This document shows, piece after piece, positions 14,900-26,950 of a stretch of 64,000 nt of DNA. The DNA comes from Lama guanicoe (Eukaryota). Within the stretch, counting starts at the first letter, position 1. Each line of letters starts with the position of its first letter. Under the pieces are notes generated by a model that was not told where the DNA came from, searched no databases, and saw only the letters and a program-made list of their open reading frames with translations. The DNA is taken from positions 14,500,373-14,564,372 of the forward strand of contig MU053881.1 of assembly GCA_013239625.1 (NCBI GenBank). The letters run 5' to 3'. Position numbers and translations under genes: made by a program.

Positions 14900-16120
14900 T
14901 GGGTACCACAAACAGAAGTAGGGGAACCTTGAAGTTGGGGGCTCCAAGGAGAACTGAGGGAAGAGTTTCTTCCTTAAAGACTCAGAAGGGGAACCTCAGG
15001 AAAGGGGGAATGTCCTCAGACAAGTGGAAGAGGAACCCCCGGGAATGCAGGGGGTCCCTTCAAAGAAATGAAGAAATCTACCGTGTCTTCCATCAGAGAC
15101 GAGGTATCTTGGAACAGTGGAGGCACATTTCAGAGATGTGAGGAACCTAACAGGGAGTGGGACATCTCATATTAGGAAGAACCTCTGGAGATGTCAGGGA
15201 CCCCTCCAAACATTGTGGCATCACAGATTAGCAGGGGACCCCCCAAAACAAAAAAATTTTGGAAAGGTGGGAATGTTTCCTCAGACAAATAAGGATCCAA
15301 TTAGAAGTATGGGCATTTCAGAGTAGTGGGGGTGGGGGGCGCCTCAGGAAAATGGCGGTACTCATCAAAAAGTGGGTCTGGAGGAGAGAGTAACAGCTTA
15401 AGGGTAGAACGCGTCCTTAGCGTGCACAAGGTACTGGGTTCAATCCCCAGTATCTCCACTGAAAAAAAAAAATTAGGGGACCCCATCAAAAATGGGGACA
15501 ACTCAGAAAAGTGGGGAACATTTCCAAGAAGGATTCTGACAGAAGAGCACCTCAGATTAGTTGGGGGATACTTGGGGAAAGAAAGAGATCACCCAAAGAA
15601 GTTGAGACAGAAAAGCAGTGAGAGCATCGCAGAAAGGCAGGGGGGCAGGGGGGAACATCTGAAAAGTAGGGGGGACACCTTAAAAATGCAAGGGAGAAAA
15701 AGGAGCACAGAACAGTGGGACAACAGCTCAGAGAAGCAAAGATCTCCTCAGAGAGGTGGGGATCCCCCACAGAAGTGAGGGGGAGGGTCCCCTGGAAGCA
15801 GAGATGTCTCCTGAGAGAAGCGGGGGTCCCTCAGGGAAGCAGGGTATCCCCAGCGAGACGGGGTTCCCAGAAAGGCAGGGAGTCCCTCAGAGAACGCAAC
15901 CATTAGGAGAAGCAGGGGTCCTCTTAGAGAAGTTAGGAGGGGTAGTCTCAGAGAGGCGGGACTCTCGGGGAAGTGGTCCCTCAAAGAGATGGGGGGGTCC
16001 CTCAGGGAAGGGAAGCTCCTCTCAAAGAGGTGAGGTCCCTCAAAGAGAAGCGGGTTCCCTCAGACAAGAGGGTCCACGCACTGGAGACGGCCCCCTGGAA
16101 GAAGCGGAAGCCCCTGAGAA
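14900..16120. repeat. Degenerate purine-rich minisatellite (~20-nt GGGGTCCCTCAGAGAAGC-like units)
   Basis: Recurrent GGTCCCTCA / CTCAGAGA motifs, best preserved in 15740-16120. Confidence 0.7.
15383..15472 (+). mobile_element. tRNA-Ala-derived SINE (camelid Vic-1-like)
   Basis: Degenerate A box, B box GGTTCAATCCCC, poly-A tail. Confidence 0.8.
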
Positions 16121-17100
16121 GCCCAGGGCACCGGAAGCCGGGGACCCGCCACCGGCGGCGCCGGCCCCTCACTCACCGAAGTTGCTCAGTGCTTCTGCGG
16201 GTGGCTGCCGGGCCCCGGCCGGCCTCGGGTGGCGGGGTCTGGTCCAGTCCGCTCGGGTCCCGTGGGGGCAGCTCCCTCAGGTGGCGCCCGCGGCGGCGGC
16301 GGCGGCAGCGGCGACAGGACCACAGACGGTCGACGGATGGACTGCGCGGGCGACGCGGACCGCGTTCGGGCGGCGGGGGTGCGCGTGCGCGCGCCGGGGC
16401 GCTGACCCCGGGCGGGAGGAGCCGCTGCGCAGCGCTCGGAGCAGCCGCTCGGTCTCGCCGCACCGTCTCACACTGAAATTGCCCGCTTCGCAGCCCGGCT
16501 TCCCCGGTTGCTAGGCAGATTTCGTCTCGCACACTTCCGGGTTGAGACGCGTCTCACCGAGTGGCGGCGCCGCAGGCCAATGAGGTCCGGCAGGGGTTCC
16601 CGGGATCCGCGCCCCGGTGAGGGCGTGGCCAGGCTCATGACGGACATCACCCAGCGGCCAATGAGCGTACGTGCCGGCTAGCCCTCGGGATCGCGCCGGG
16701 GGCCTGGGCGGACCCAAGGAGGCGGGACGAGGTGACTGACGGGCGGAAGGCCAATGGAAGAGTGGGGCGGGCCTCAGGTCCAGTCAGGGCGCTGCGGGGG
16801 CGGGGCTTTAGGTTTGGGGCGGGAACACCTCAAGGGGCGGGGCCTACGGGACGCGTCAATCCGTGGTCGGCTAGCTCGGACACTGGAGGGGGGTTCCGCC
16901 GGGCTGCCCGGCGGCCGACAACTGGCTGGGCAGGGGGTTCCCCGCAGTGCTCAGCAGGGGCGCCCCACCCACAATGCACCGGAGGCTGTCTGGGCCGGGC
17001 GGGCGTGGGGCGGTTACGCCGGGAGGTGGGCGGGGCCGCATGAGGCGCGCTCTGAGGACACTGGGCGAGCTGTGGCCCGGCCTTGTTCCCGAGGGGTTTC
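16090..17100 (-). promoter_or_regulatory. GATAD2A: CpG-island promoter, likely the upstream GATAD2A promoter
   Basis: Dense CpG; CCAAT boxes at 16577, 16658 and 16751; many GGGCGG boxes; ETS ACTTCCGG; NRF1-like GCGCGTGCGC. Gene identity comes from synteny with MAU2/SUGP1 only. Confidence 0.75.
16177..16474 (-). other. GATAD2A: Probable non-coding first exon of GATAD2A (5' end approximate)
   Basis: Strong donor TTCG|GTGAGT at 16177/16176; Inr-like TCAGT near 16474; GC-rich leader. Confidence 0.6.
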
Positions 17101-20100
17101 GTTGCCTCTGGGCTCTTTTCTGTCTAGAGTCATGGGTTCTACTCTCTTCTGAGGAGAATCATGGGGATTCTTGCCCCCCGGCCTCCGTTCTGAGGAGAAC
17201 CTTCAAGAATCTTGCCTCTGGCCCCTTCTGAGAAGAGTTTTACTGATTCATGCCTGCGCTGCCCACTTTTCTGAAGAGAATTGCCAAGAACAGAATGATT
17301 TTGTAGATTCGGAACTTAAGCTCTCTGCTCAGAGAAAACTTGTCGGGATTCCGACCCCTGTCCCCTTTGCTAAGGAGAATTTGGGGAATTCAGGGCCCGC
17401 TGCCTTTCCTGGAAGAGTCTTTAGGGGAACATACCTCTTTTCTGAGCACTGGTGGGGGTCACTGGGCGGCTCCCTCCCCTGAGGGGCAGTAGGGGCTGCA
17501 TATCCCCGGCCTTCAGTTCTGAAGAAAACTTGGAAAATTCCTAACTTGTCCCTCCTCCGACCAGAGAAGAAATTTGGAACTTAAAGCACTCCTCTCTACA
17601 GAGAGGAATTGCAGGAGACTGATGGCCCCTCACCCTTTTTACTAAAGAATTGCCAGACAATTGTGCTCCCTGCGCTTTTTCTAAGCGTTAATTGAGTGTT
17701 GCAGGAGTTCCTCTTTTCCTAAGAACTGCAACCATTTGACTCCTCTGCCCTAGAAAAGTTACCCATTTAGACCTCCTTCCCTTTTTTTTTTAAGGATAAT
17801 TTTCCAACAGCTACCTACTCTTTCCCAAGGATCAAATCTGTGGCCCTTCCAAATTCTGTCTCCTGTCAGTCTTTTCACCCCCACCTTCCATCTCTGCTGA
17901 GTGTGGCCCTTCCAAGAAGCATTCTTGCTTCCCACCTACCCTAGACAAAACTAAACAGTCACTCCAGACTCTGCTGTAGTATGCACCATGGCCTACCAGG
18001 TGTCGGAGTCCTTCACTTCTGTCTTCCTCCAGCTGGTCTGTACTCCTCTCCTCTCCTCTCCTAATTTACCCCCAAAGAACCCAGTCATGCCCTTCATAGG
18101 CAAACATCCATTGAATCACAGGGGGAATGAATGCAGCGATGAGAAGGATCCACAACACTGAGGATTCAATATGGCAAACTTTTATTGCCCCTACTTTGTG
18201 CATAGAAGCATGGGATCGAACTTGTGAGCCAAGATGAACACAATAAAGGAAAATAGGCCTATTAGACAAGGCAGATTGTTGTAATACAGAGATACCAAGA
18301 ATATGTTGTAGGAATGTAGAGGAGGGAGTGATTAAATGAGATAATGGATGCAAAAGTGCTTTGTAAACCTTGAAGCAGTGTACCCGTGTAGAAAGGATTA
18401 TTGTTATTGTTACAAGTGGGCTGACATTCCTGGAAGAAAAGTAAAAAATAAATTCTATTTTGAGCATCAGAGTGATGGGAGGTTGGCAGAGAGCTGTGTG
18501 GTGCCTGACTCCCTGAATAAGCTCAGCCAGGACACAAGCGGCAAGGCTGAGTCCTTGGCTAGGGAAGGAAGCCACTGGAAACATGAAGACACCATGTTCC
18601 CAGAGTGCCTTGTTTGCATGTCTGTTGTAGCACTTATCACATTCCGCAAGTATCTAAGATGGTCTGGGTGGACAATAAACACTTGGACTTTAGTGACTAG
18701 CAGAACTGGGGTCAAACCCACGTCTGCCACTGCCTAGCTAGGCCAGTTACTTTCCTTAGCCATATCAGAAATGAGAACACCTGTCTCTAAAAGTTGCACT
18801 AAGAATTGTGAGCTCAAAGTTCCTTGAATGGTACCTGGTGCGTGCGCAGTAGGGCTCAAGAGCTTTTTGTTTCATTCCAGGCACTAATCAAGATACTTTC
18901 CGAGAGCAAGAATCCAGCCTTATCATTTAAATAATCCCTCGGTGCTTTTAGAGTTCTGAACTGAACCAGAATAAAAGAGCAGCTCATTGTCCAACCACTT
19001 CATTTTACACATGAGAAACTGAGAGGCCCCAGAGGGCAACTGTGACTTGTTCATATCCCACTACTACTTTATGGCTGGATCCTAAACTTGCATGGACTTA
19101 ATCTCACTTTGGGCCTATGTGTAGAAAGTTGAGAAGGAGGGAGCCCTGTGCCCTTGAGTCCTTGTGCAAAGCAGAGTCATGTAAGAACCCCAAATTCCCT
19201 GAGCCTTATCTCTCTCTTAAGTAAGCTGTGAGAAGGTTCTAGACACAGCTCTAATAGAGTCCCCAAACTCAAGAGAAAAGGGCAAGTGGGGGCACTGACC
19301 AGGGTCAAGACCACCTAAATTAACTTTATCAAAGGGAAATTGCAAATGAAGTGAGGTTATTTCAGAACTACTCTATGTAATTTCCAGATCATTCCCTGGA
19401 AATGTCAGGACCTATAATTACATCTCACCTTTTTATTTTAAGAATGTACAGAATTTCTCAGATTCTCTGAAAAAAGGCATTGCCTGGAGGCAGAGATGTT
19501 GGATTAAGGGATGTCCCTGAAGTCTGGAATCCTAAGCATAAACAAGAGTCCCATTTGGCTGGAAAATTGTATCCTCAAAGAATCAAAGGCAAATGGGCAT
19601 TCGTCAGAGAGAGAGAAATGCCCCACCAAAATGGATGACATGAGCACAGCTTCTGACATAAAAAAGAAAAGAAAAGAAAAGCATGTGACCCATACCAAGG
19701 ATGGGCTTTCCTTTCCATGGTGGTAGCAGCGATTGTATCTCTCAGCATCAAGGCGTGTCCCTTCCTGGGTCTGGGAAATCATGTGGGCAAACTGGCTAAG
19801 TGACATTCACATCCAAATAGGGAAATGGGAACTGAGCCAGGTGAATGCACAGGCGGCAAGAAGGCAGGGCCTCAGTGGTAGTTAGAAAAATGAGGACTTG
19901 GTGGGTGCCAGCCTGCAGAGATCTTCTCTTGGTGTTGTGGCCTTGGACAAGGAGGAGTGCCCACTAACAAAGAAGAACAACAGCTGGTTGATACCAGTAG
20001 GAAGGGTAATAAGTGCAGATATTAAAGCCCTCTAGTGTCACTCAATGACAGTAGCCACTCAAGTACACACAATAAAGCACTGTGAGGTTCACATATGTGA

Positions 20101-22161
20101 ACTGAGCGTAGCTTTAGTGGTACTGGTTGACTAGACAATCTAGTATTGAGTCCAGTTGGAATTCAGGCATCCTTTCACTTTTTTTTTTTTAAATAGATCT
20201 TTAGGTCAAAAACCTGGACTCTAGTAACAGATCTTACCTGGTTCTTTGACACAATTAAGTGGAATTAGTGATAACCCTTTTCTGAGGCAAAAAAAAAAAA
20301 AAAGTAGTGTATACCTACATGCCTGCAGCCTAGAAGATCTCTAAGTCAAAATGGTGACTTCCCCATCTAGGAAGAAAAGCATTTCTGATAGGAGAGACTT
20401 CATCTTAGACACGTGTGGCCACTATATGCAGAAAGGAGAAGTCGAATGGAGACTCACTGTTGCCCGTGGAGAATTCACCATGAGATTCTGTTGGATCTGA
20501 AGGCTTTTAGCATTCCAAACACGCACTTACATCTGAGCCTGAAACCCAGGTCAGGGCTTTAATCCTGCTGCATTTCACACCCTTTCCTCAACCTTTCTGT
20601 GCCTTTCTGTGCCTTTCTGTGCCCAGAGACTGAAGTGATTCCAAGTGGCATGTGTATCATGCCTGTGGTTGGAGCCCATTGCTTTCGTTCCCTCACCATT
20701 CTCTCCTCTTGTCAGGCTGGAGTCTAATCCTACCACTAAAATCTCTCTCAAGTTACTGAGAACTTCATGATCCCCCTTCTAGGAACTCTTCTTGGTGTGC
20801 ATTTTCTCCAACCTGCAGCATCTAAAAGATACTCCCTCCTCCGTTGCAATGTCTTTCATTGGCTCTTGGGGAACTTGACTCTTCTGGTCTCCTGTTCAGT
20901 CTCCATGCAACTTCTACCTGGAAATTCTTCCAGGCTGTTCATCTCTTGCAACTCTTTGCCCTCTCTGTTTCTTCAGAGAATAAGTCCCTTGGTGGAGTGG
21001 GACTCTATTAAGAACTCCCAGATCTGTATTCCCATTCTGCCCAAGTTCCTGTCTAGGGTGTCCTTTGCCTGCAGATAGTACCATGAAGATGTGACTCAAA
21101 CCCAACCAAATATCACACCAAGGTTGGTATCTCTCTCTTTGACCCATCTCCCATTCTTTAAACTACCTGGCCTTTGTCATTCTCTTTTCTGCACCAGTGC
21201 CACTTTCCCAGTGTTCTAGACAGAAAGCACTTAAATCTTTAGAAGTTTTTTAACGTCACTCTCCAAGCTCAAACTTAGTTGCTAAATGTTGTGAGGTGTC
21301 CCCTCACTTTTCTATCTACTCTTTTCAATTTCTTGTTACCACCCATACCTGGACTATTATGTGCAAACTATCAGACATGTACCACTCCTACTCAAAAAAC
21401 TTTGATTTTTAGGGAGGCTATATTGTGTTGCTTTTGTAATCAGAAAGAAAAAAAATTAACTAGATAAAGGCTGAATCTTGGCTTGCCATTTGAAGCCCTC
21501 TCGTTGCCCCTCCCTTCACTACAGTTTCTTCCTGGGATGCTTCCTTCAGGAATGATACCTTACGCTGATTACTGCAAAATTTCCCACACTGAATTCCACC
21601 GGACATCAGAATGATTCAAGATATCAGTAGTGATTCTGTAATGAATTTCCCTTTAAAAAAATTTTTTCAACCTGAAGATTTCACTAAATTGTTAATATTA
21701 AGAATACACATTGTTATGGTATATTCCAACCCCTCTTGAGCACATGCTGTTTCCTTTTTCTAAGAACACCCATTAATATCCTGACGAACTCATATTTGGT
21801 AGAACATGGTTCATGGCTTGAATGGGGCTGGTTCGGCTCAGCACGTTGCCCTTGTCTAAGCCAGCTTCTTCCTCCCTTACTGCATCGCCCTCTCTCAGTA
21901 GTTGTGTGAGGTCAAGGTACATTGCTCTGTTTTGGTGGGGAGATGATTGAGGCTCAGGGTTTTTTATTCAGCTAGAGTCACCAATAAATAAAACCAGAAC
22001 CTAGGTCTGAATTCCAATTCTGAACAAAATCTCAGACTCCCGTAGAGCCTTTGGACCAGCTAGGGCTACGAGCATGTTGGTAAGTAACATTTTCTGTTTG
22101 TAATCCTCGTTTTTGTGCATTTTGTATTAAGTGACCACACAACGTGGGTACGCTGGCTTGC

Positions 22162-22182
22162 CTTTCTTTCTTTTTTCCTTCC

Positions 22183-22225
<43 letters not shown>

Positions 22226-22259
22226 CTCTCTCTCTCTCTCTTTTTCTCTTTCTTTCTCT
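22162..22259. repeat. (TTTC)n/(TC)n pyrimidine microsatellite
   Basis: Directly visible. Confidence 0.95.
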
Positions 22260-24342
22260 ACTAGATAACACATTCTCAGAGGATAGAACTATGTTCTTCA
22301 ACGCACACATAGTAGACAAATACATTTAATATATACACGGCAGACTACGTTTAAACAATAAATGCCTGGATCACCTGCCTTTTCTGAATGCCTGCTCATT
22401 TCTCCCCCTTGGGTCCCCTCTTCTTGTACATAATACAATGTTAAGGACTGTCAGACCCAGAGGAAGTGCAGAAATCAGCTAGTCCATCTTCAACATTTCC
22501 CAGATGAGGAGCATGCAAAGAGCTTATGACTTGAGCAAGCTCAACAGCAAGGCGAGAGCCAAGCCGGTCTCTTGGCAGAGCCAGCCTGAATCTCAAAGAC
22601 CACAGACACTCACTGCACCTTCGTGGTTGTTAAACTCCAGTGGCAGAACAGGCGGCGTCCTGTCTGCTGTCTTAAGTGGAATTCAGGAGTCCCCAGGGAG
22701 CTCTGGGCAGTCATGGGCCGCGCCCCGTGGGTCACTTGTGTGCCTTTGTGCGGGAAATTTCCTTGTCACTGCCCAGTTGCTTCCTGCCTCCATATTAAGG
22801 CCTCCAGACCAATCTGCGGGGAAGCAGCCATCAGGGCTCGCTGCCTTTGGCTTCCACCCAGACCAGGCCAGGCTCTTCCTGCTGCTGCTCGGCCTCTAAC
22901 ACATCTGCTCACCGAGGCCCTGGCCCTCTTTATGAGAATTTTCTCCTGGATTGTTGCCGAAACATAGACAAGAGATCTGGAAGAGGGAGACATTCCCCCA
23001 GACGTATAGAAATGTGCCAGTCATCCCAGATTCTCTCCTCTTCCTCCCCTGCAGGCGGTCGTGGGGCTGGCACTGGGCTGGTAGCAGGGTGAGTGCTGGG
23101 AATGGAATGCAAGAGGATACCGAGTGTCTCCATCTTATTTTGTTCCTTTGGACCAGGAACCTTTCAAATGTTCCCTCACTCATTGCTATGTTTATTTATT
23201 ACACAAGTATTTAATGGGGTAAAGTGGTGGGCAAAGGTGCCAGGGATGAGGCACAGCTCTCTCACATTGACCCTTAGGTCTGCTGTCTCCTCACCCACAA
23301 GCAACCACTGTCACCAGTCTCTTACATGTCCCACCAAAGAGGTTCTACACCATTCACAGATGTACCAGGTGCGCTTTGATTTTATACACACAGAGTCATG
23401 GTGTGCACATTCTGATTTTTTAAACTGAAAGCAAGAATTCTGGGGGGTAATGTTTCTCACCACGGAGACAAGTTGCCACTCTCAATCAGTGACCCAGAAC
23501 TGTACTTTGGGGTTAGGTTCCAGCTTCTAAAATGTTCCTGAGAACCTGTACCCTTAGCCCAACATTGCTGTTCAGTATAGAAAACCCTAGAAGGCCTTGC
23601 TTCGGGGCCTGCTGAGGATGGGAAAAGGTCCTTGGATCCTCGGAGCAGTGGTATTTCTACACATCGCAACTTTTGCTTAGATCTAAGGACTAACTACCCT
23701 TTACTAGTGCAGGAGTCATTAGTCCCCCCCCCCCACCCCCGGTCTGGAAACCTTCACTCCTGCTCCAAATGATGCTGAGAGCCAGGAGCTTTCAGCTTAA
23801 GGGGAGACGGGGCTTATGGCAAGAATTTCGGTGCAGAGGCCCAGGTTCCCCGTTGGAGCTGTCAGAGGCCTATGGTCATGGTGAGAGATCTGGGTGCCGT
23901 GGAAGTACAGTGGGGAGAGACAGACTGACAACAAAGTGAACAAGGTGATTTCAACTACTCATGATGATAAGAAAGAAAAGTAATCTGGGGTGTGACACAG
24001 TGACACAGGCAGGGCACAGCAGGTGGATTTGAGGAGACACCTGAATCTTAACAAAGACTCAGCCTGGGGATGACCATTCTGGGTTGAGGGGAACAGTGAG
24101 TGCCACAGAAGGCACCGAGCAAGGGGCAGGGAGCAGCTGGCAAGCTGGTGGGCATGGATGAGGTGGGAGAGGTCGGCTGAGATTGTGGGTCTGGGAGGAA
24201 GCAGGATTTTATTCTAATAGGAAGAAGTAAGCATGCTACAAGCTCTGTTTCCCCTTGGCAAAACTCCTTGTTCGGACTCGGTAATCCTCCAGCTCTCTGG
24301 TTTCATGCCTGTGTTCTTTTATTCAAAGATGTTATTGAGCCT

Positions 24343-24435
24343 CCAGGGTGGCCAGATTTTACAAATGAAAACACAGGACACCCAGTTAGCTTTGAATATC
24401 AGATCAATGACAAATACTCCTGTAGTATAAGTTTA
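24343..24435 (+). mobile_element. MER53-like hAT DNA transposon fragment
   Basis: CAGGGTGGCCAGATTTTACAAATGAAAACACAGGACACCCAGTTA resembles the MER53 terminus as I recall it. Confidence 0.6.
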
Positions 24436-26305
24436 CCCTAGAGTGTTAGAGTATCTTCCAAGAGCCAGGCCCCTGCTAGAAGTCAGCCCAGGTTTCAGTA
24501 ATTCACTTCATACAACCCTACAACCTAGCACCTTCAGAGGAACTGGTTAGACATGAAGGTCAGAGTCTGGTGTGGCTTGGGAAAGAGATTAATTGGCTTA
24601 AAAAAATCTACCTTGGTCCCAAATTGTGACCTTGAACTGGTGATTCCTTTGGGTGCCCCAACGCTTGTCAGATGCCTACATGGCATTGATCAAAATGCCT
24701 TCGGTGCCCCTTGCATCACAAACATGTATCCTGTTGTGTGGGGAGGTTTCTTGGGTGGCCAGATATAGGTTCTGGCCTTTTTCATGAGAACTATGAGGAG
24801 AGGGGAGCATGCTTAGCACTCACCCATCACTCTCGCCAAGGGTGTGGCTGTGAGTAATGAGGAGGTGAAGTTTTGAAGGTTGGAAGAATCCAGAGAGAGA
24901 TGATGTGGCCATGGGCTCCTCATCTTATCTTGGGGACTGTCTCTGTGCTGCCATGGGGTCTGTCTCTGTGCAAAGCCCACCTGGCCCTGTACCCTGCAGA
25001 CAAGGTACAAGGGTGTCCCACAACCAGGGCAACCCCGGGCATGACCTGTGGCTATTCCAGAACACAGCCAGGGAGGGGCAAATAATCCCTGAAAAATAAT
25101 CTCCTTAAGTCAAAGTTTTAGGTCTCAGGAAAACTAGATGCTAAGAGAGAAACAGATCCTATGAAAGAGGGATTTGGGTGTGGCCCTGCTGGGACTTCCT
25201 TCTGTTGATGCCAGAAGACAGAGGAATTTTCTGGAGGCAGGAAGAACTTCTTGGAGAGATGAGGTCCCTTTTCTTGGGGAGGGGGTGTCTCCAGAAACAG
25301 CACGGTGGCCACTGGGCAGGGTGTTAGGGGTACGGTACTCATTTTGGGGACCCAGCTCTGAGGCATCTACTGTGGTTAGTTCCTGGTAGTGTCAGGGGCG
25401 CTCTGGCTATTGGTCACCTACTGTTGGAGTCCATGTTATACATGGGGGTTAGTGACCTCATCTCTGTCACTGTCACCCTCTGACCCACACCCCTGCCTCA
25501 GATTCAGCCATATCTGTACCACCTCCACCCTTGAGATGGGTTCCAGGATGTGGGCCTAAGTTTAGAGGGGAGAAGAACCTGAGGGGACCCAGGGATTCGA
25601 ACCCTCCCCTGGACAAGGGGCCTCAGTCACTTTGCCTATATCGATCAATGTCCTCTTGGACATGACCCAGGCATCAGCTATGTTTGAGATGGCAGCGGGC
25701 ACGGGCGGCAGCCCCTGCCCTCTGGAATGCCACAGGCAGTACCGATGCACACCCAGCATCTTATCTGGACTGGCCAGACTTGAGGGCTGGCCGATTCCCT
25801 CCCCATGGTCTTGGTGGCTGTGTAGCAGAAGCTGGAAATATCATCCAGCTCCCACTGGTTTGGCTGAGCGAGGTCTCCCCTCTGTCCTGTCACAGAGCCC
25901 CCAACCTGTCTCCTGGTTGTTCCATCCTACAGTGTGCTACTCCTCTCTCACAGGCAGACCAGCACTTGCTCATCTGTGGTCCATCATAGAGCTCCCTATA
26001 GAATGTCCACTCCCTGAGGGCAGGGACTTTGTATGGTGTGCTTCCTGCTGTGTCCCCAGCACCCAGCACCCAGTAGGTGCCAAATAAATGTTTGGCGAGT
26101 AAATGAGGGAATGGTGTAGGCCTGACACTTGGAGAAACACAGAGATCAGCATGTTACAGGAGGGGAACTGAGAGGCCTTGAGGTAAAGGTCAGTCCACAT
26201 CCTTGCAGATGAGGACAGAGCCAGGCTACATTGGAGTCTGGCAACATCCAGCCCAGCCTTCCCAGCCTGCTTGTCCTGCCAAGTGGGGACACTGCCCAGG
26301 GTGCC

Positions 26306-26322
26306 CACGCCCCCTGGTGGCT
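26306..26322 (-). promoter_or_regulatory. Candidate CTCF site
   Basis: Minus strand GCCACCAGGGGGCGTG matches the CTCF core CCASYAGRKGGCR. Confidence 0.6.
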
Positions 26323-26349
26323 GAAGATGGAGGGGCCGGGCCAGCAGCC

Positions 26350-26950
26350 GCAGCTGGTGACACATGTAGATGACAGAGTGGTAGATACACTTCCGGTTCA
26401 CGACGTTACTTCTGAGCGGTTTGTACTTAACCCTTTGAACCCTGTAGTAGTGGGACATCCTTCAGGGCCACACAGACCTTTGCTCTGGACAGAGCAAGCC
26501 TAACTGCAGATGGAGCCTGAACTCCAAGTTGCATAGACACTAGATGTTCAGAATCGTGGTTAGAAGTGACACTCAAAGCTAAACAAACACGCTGACAAAG
26601 TGGACCATCTCTAGGGATCTGTTTCAGAGAGCTTTTCTGTATACAGATAGGAATGGGACAAACAAATGCTGATCTGTCTTCCACAAACTCCTAATTTAGT
26701 GTAAGAATGTCGTGATCTTAAAAATTAACATTTGTTGTCACAGCTCTAATGCATTGGGGTTATTGTATTTTTCATAAAGCATCACTGCAATAGTCCCTTT
26801 ATTTTTGAGTCTTTGCAAAACAAGTATCAAAAATATCAAAGTACCAAGAAAATAAACTTCACATAGAAATGAATCTTTTCATCTTTTCCCAACCAATCGC
26901 AGTGTAATCTCATCACTTGAGTATGAATTTGTGGTGAGATAAACTTTTAA
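26350..26950 (-). repeat. Copy B of the ~590-bp inverted duplicated segment
   Basis: Shares CTAACTGCAGATGGAGCCTGAACTCCA, AGAATCGTGGTTAGAA, ATAGAAATGAATCTTTTC and AGATACACTTCCGGTTCAC with the reverse complement of copy A. Confidence 0.92.

Noticed and set aside
15756..16532. 252-aa and overlapping ORFs
   Set aside because: They arise from the minisatellite and CpG island; no homology recognised.
22032..22329. Lys/Glu/Arg-rich ORFs
   Set aside because: Translation of the (TTTC)n microsatellite.
25970..26503. 162-aa minus ORF (MSHYYRVQR...) overlapping copy B
   Set aside because: Copy A carries a 19-nt frame-breaking insertion in the aligned part, so the shared conservation is not coding.
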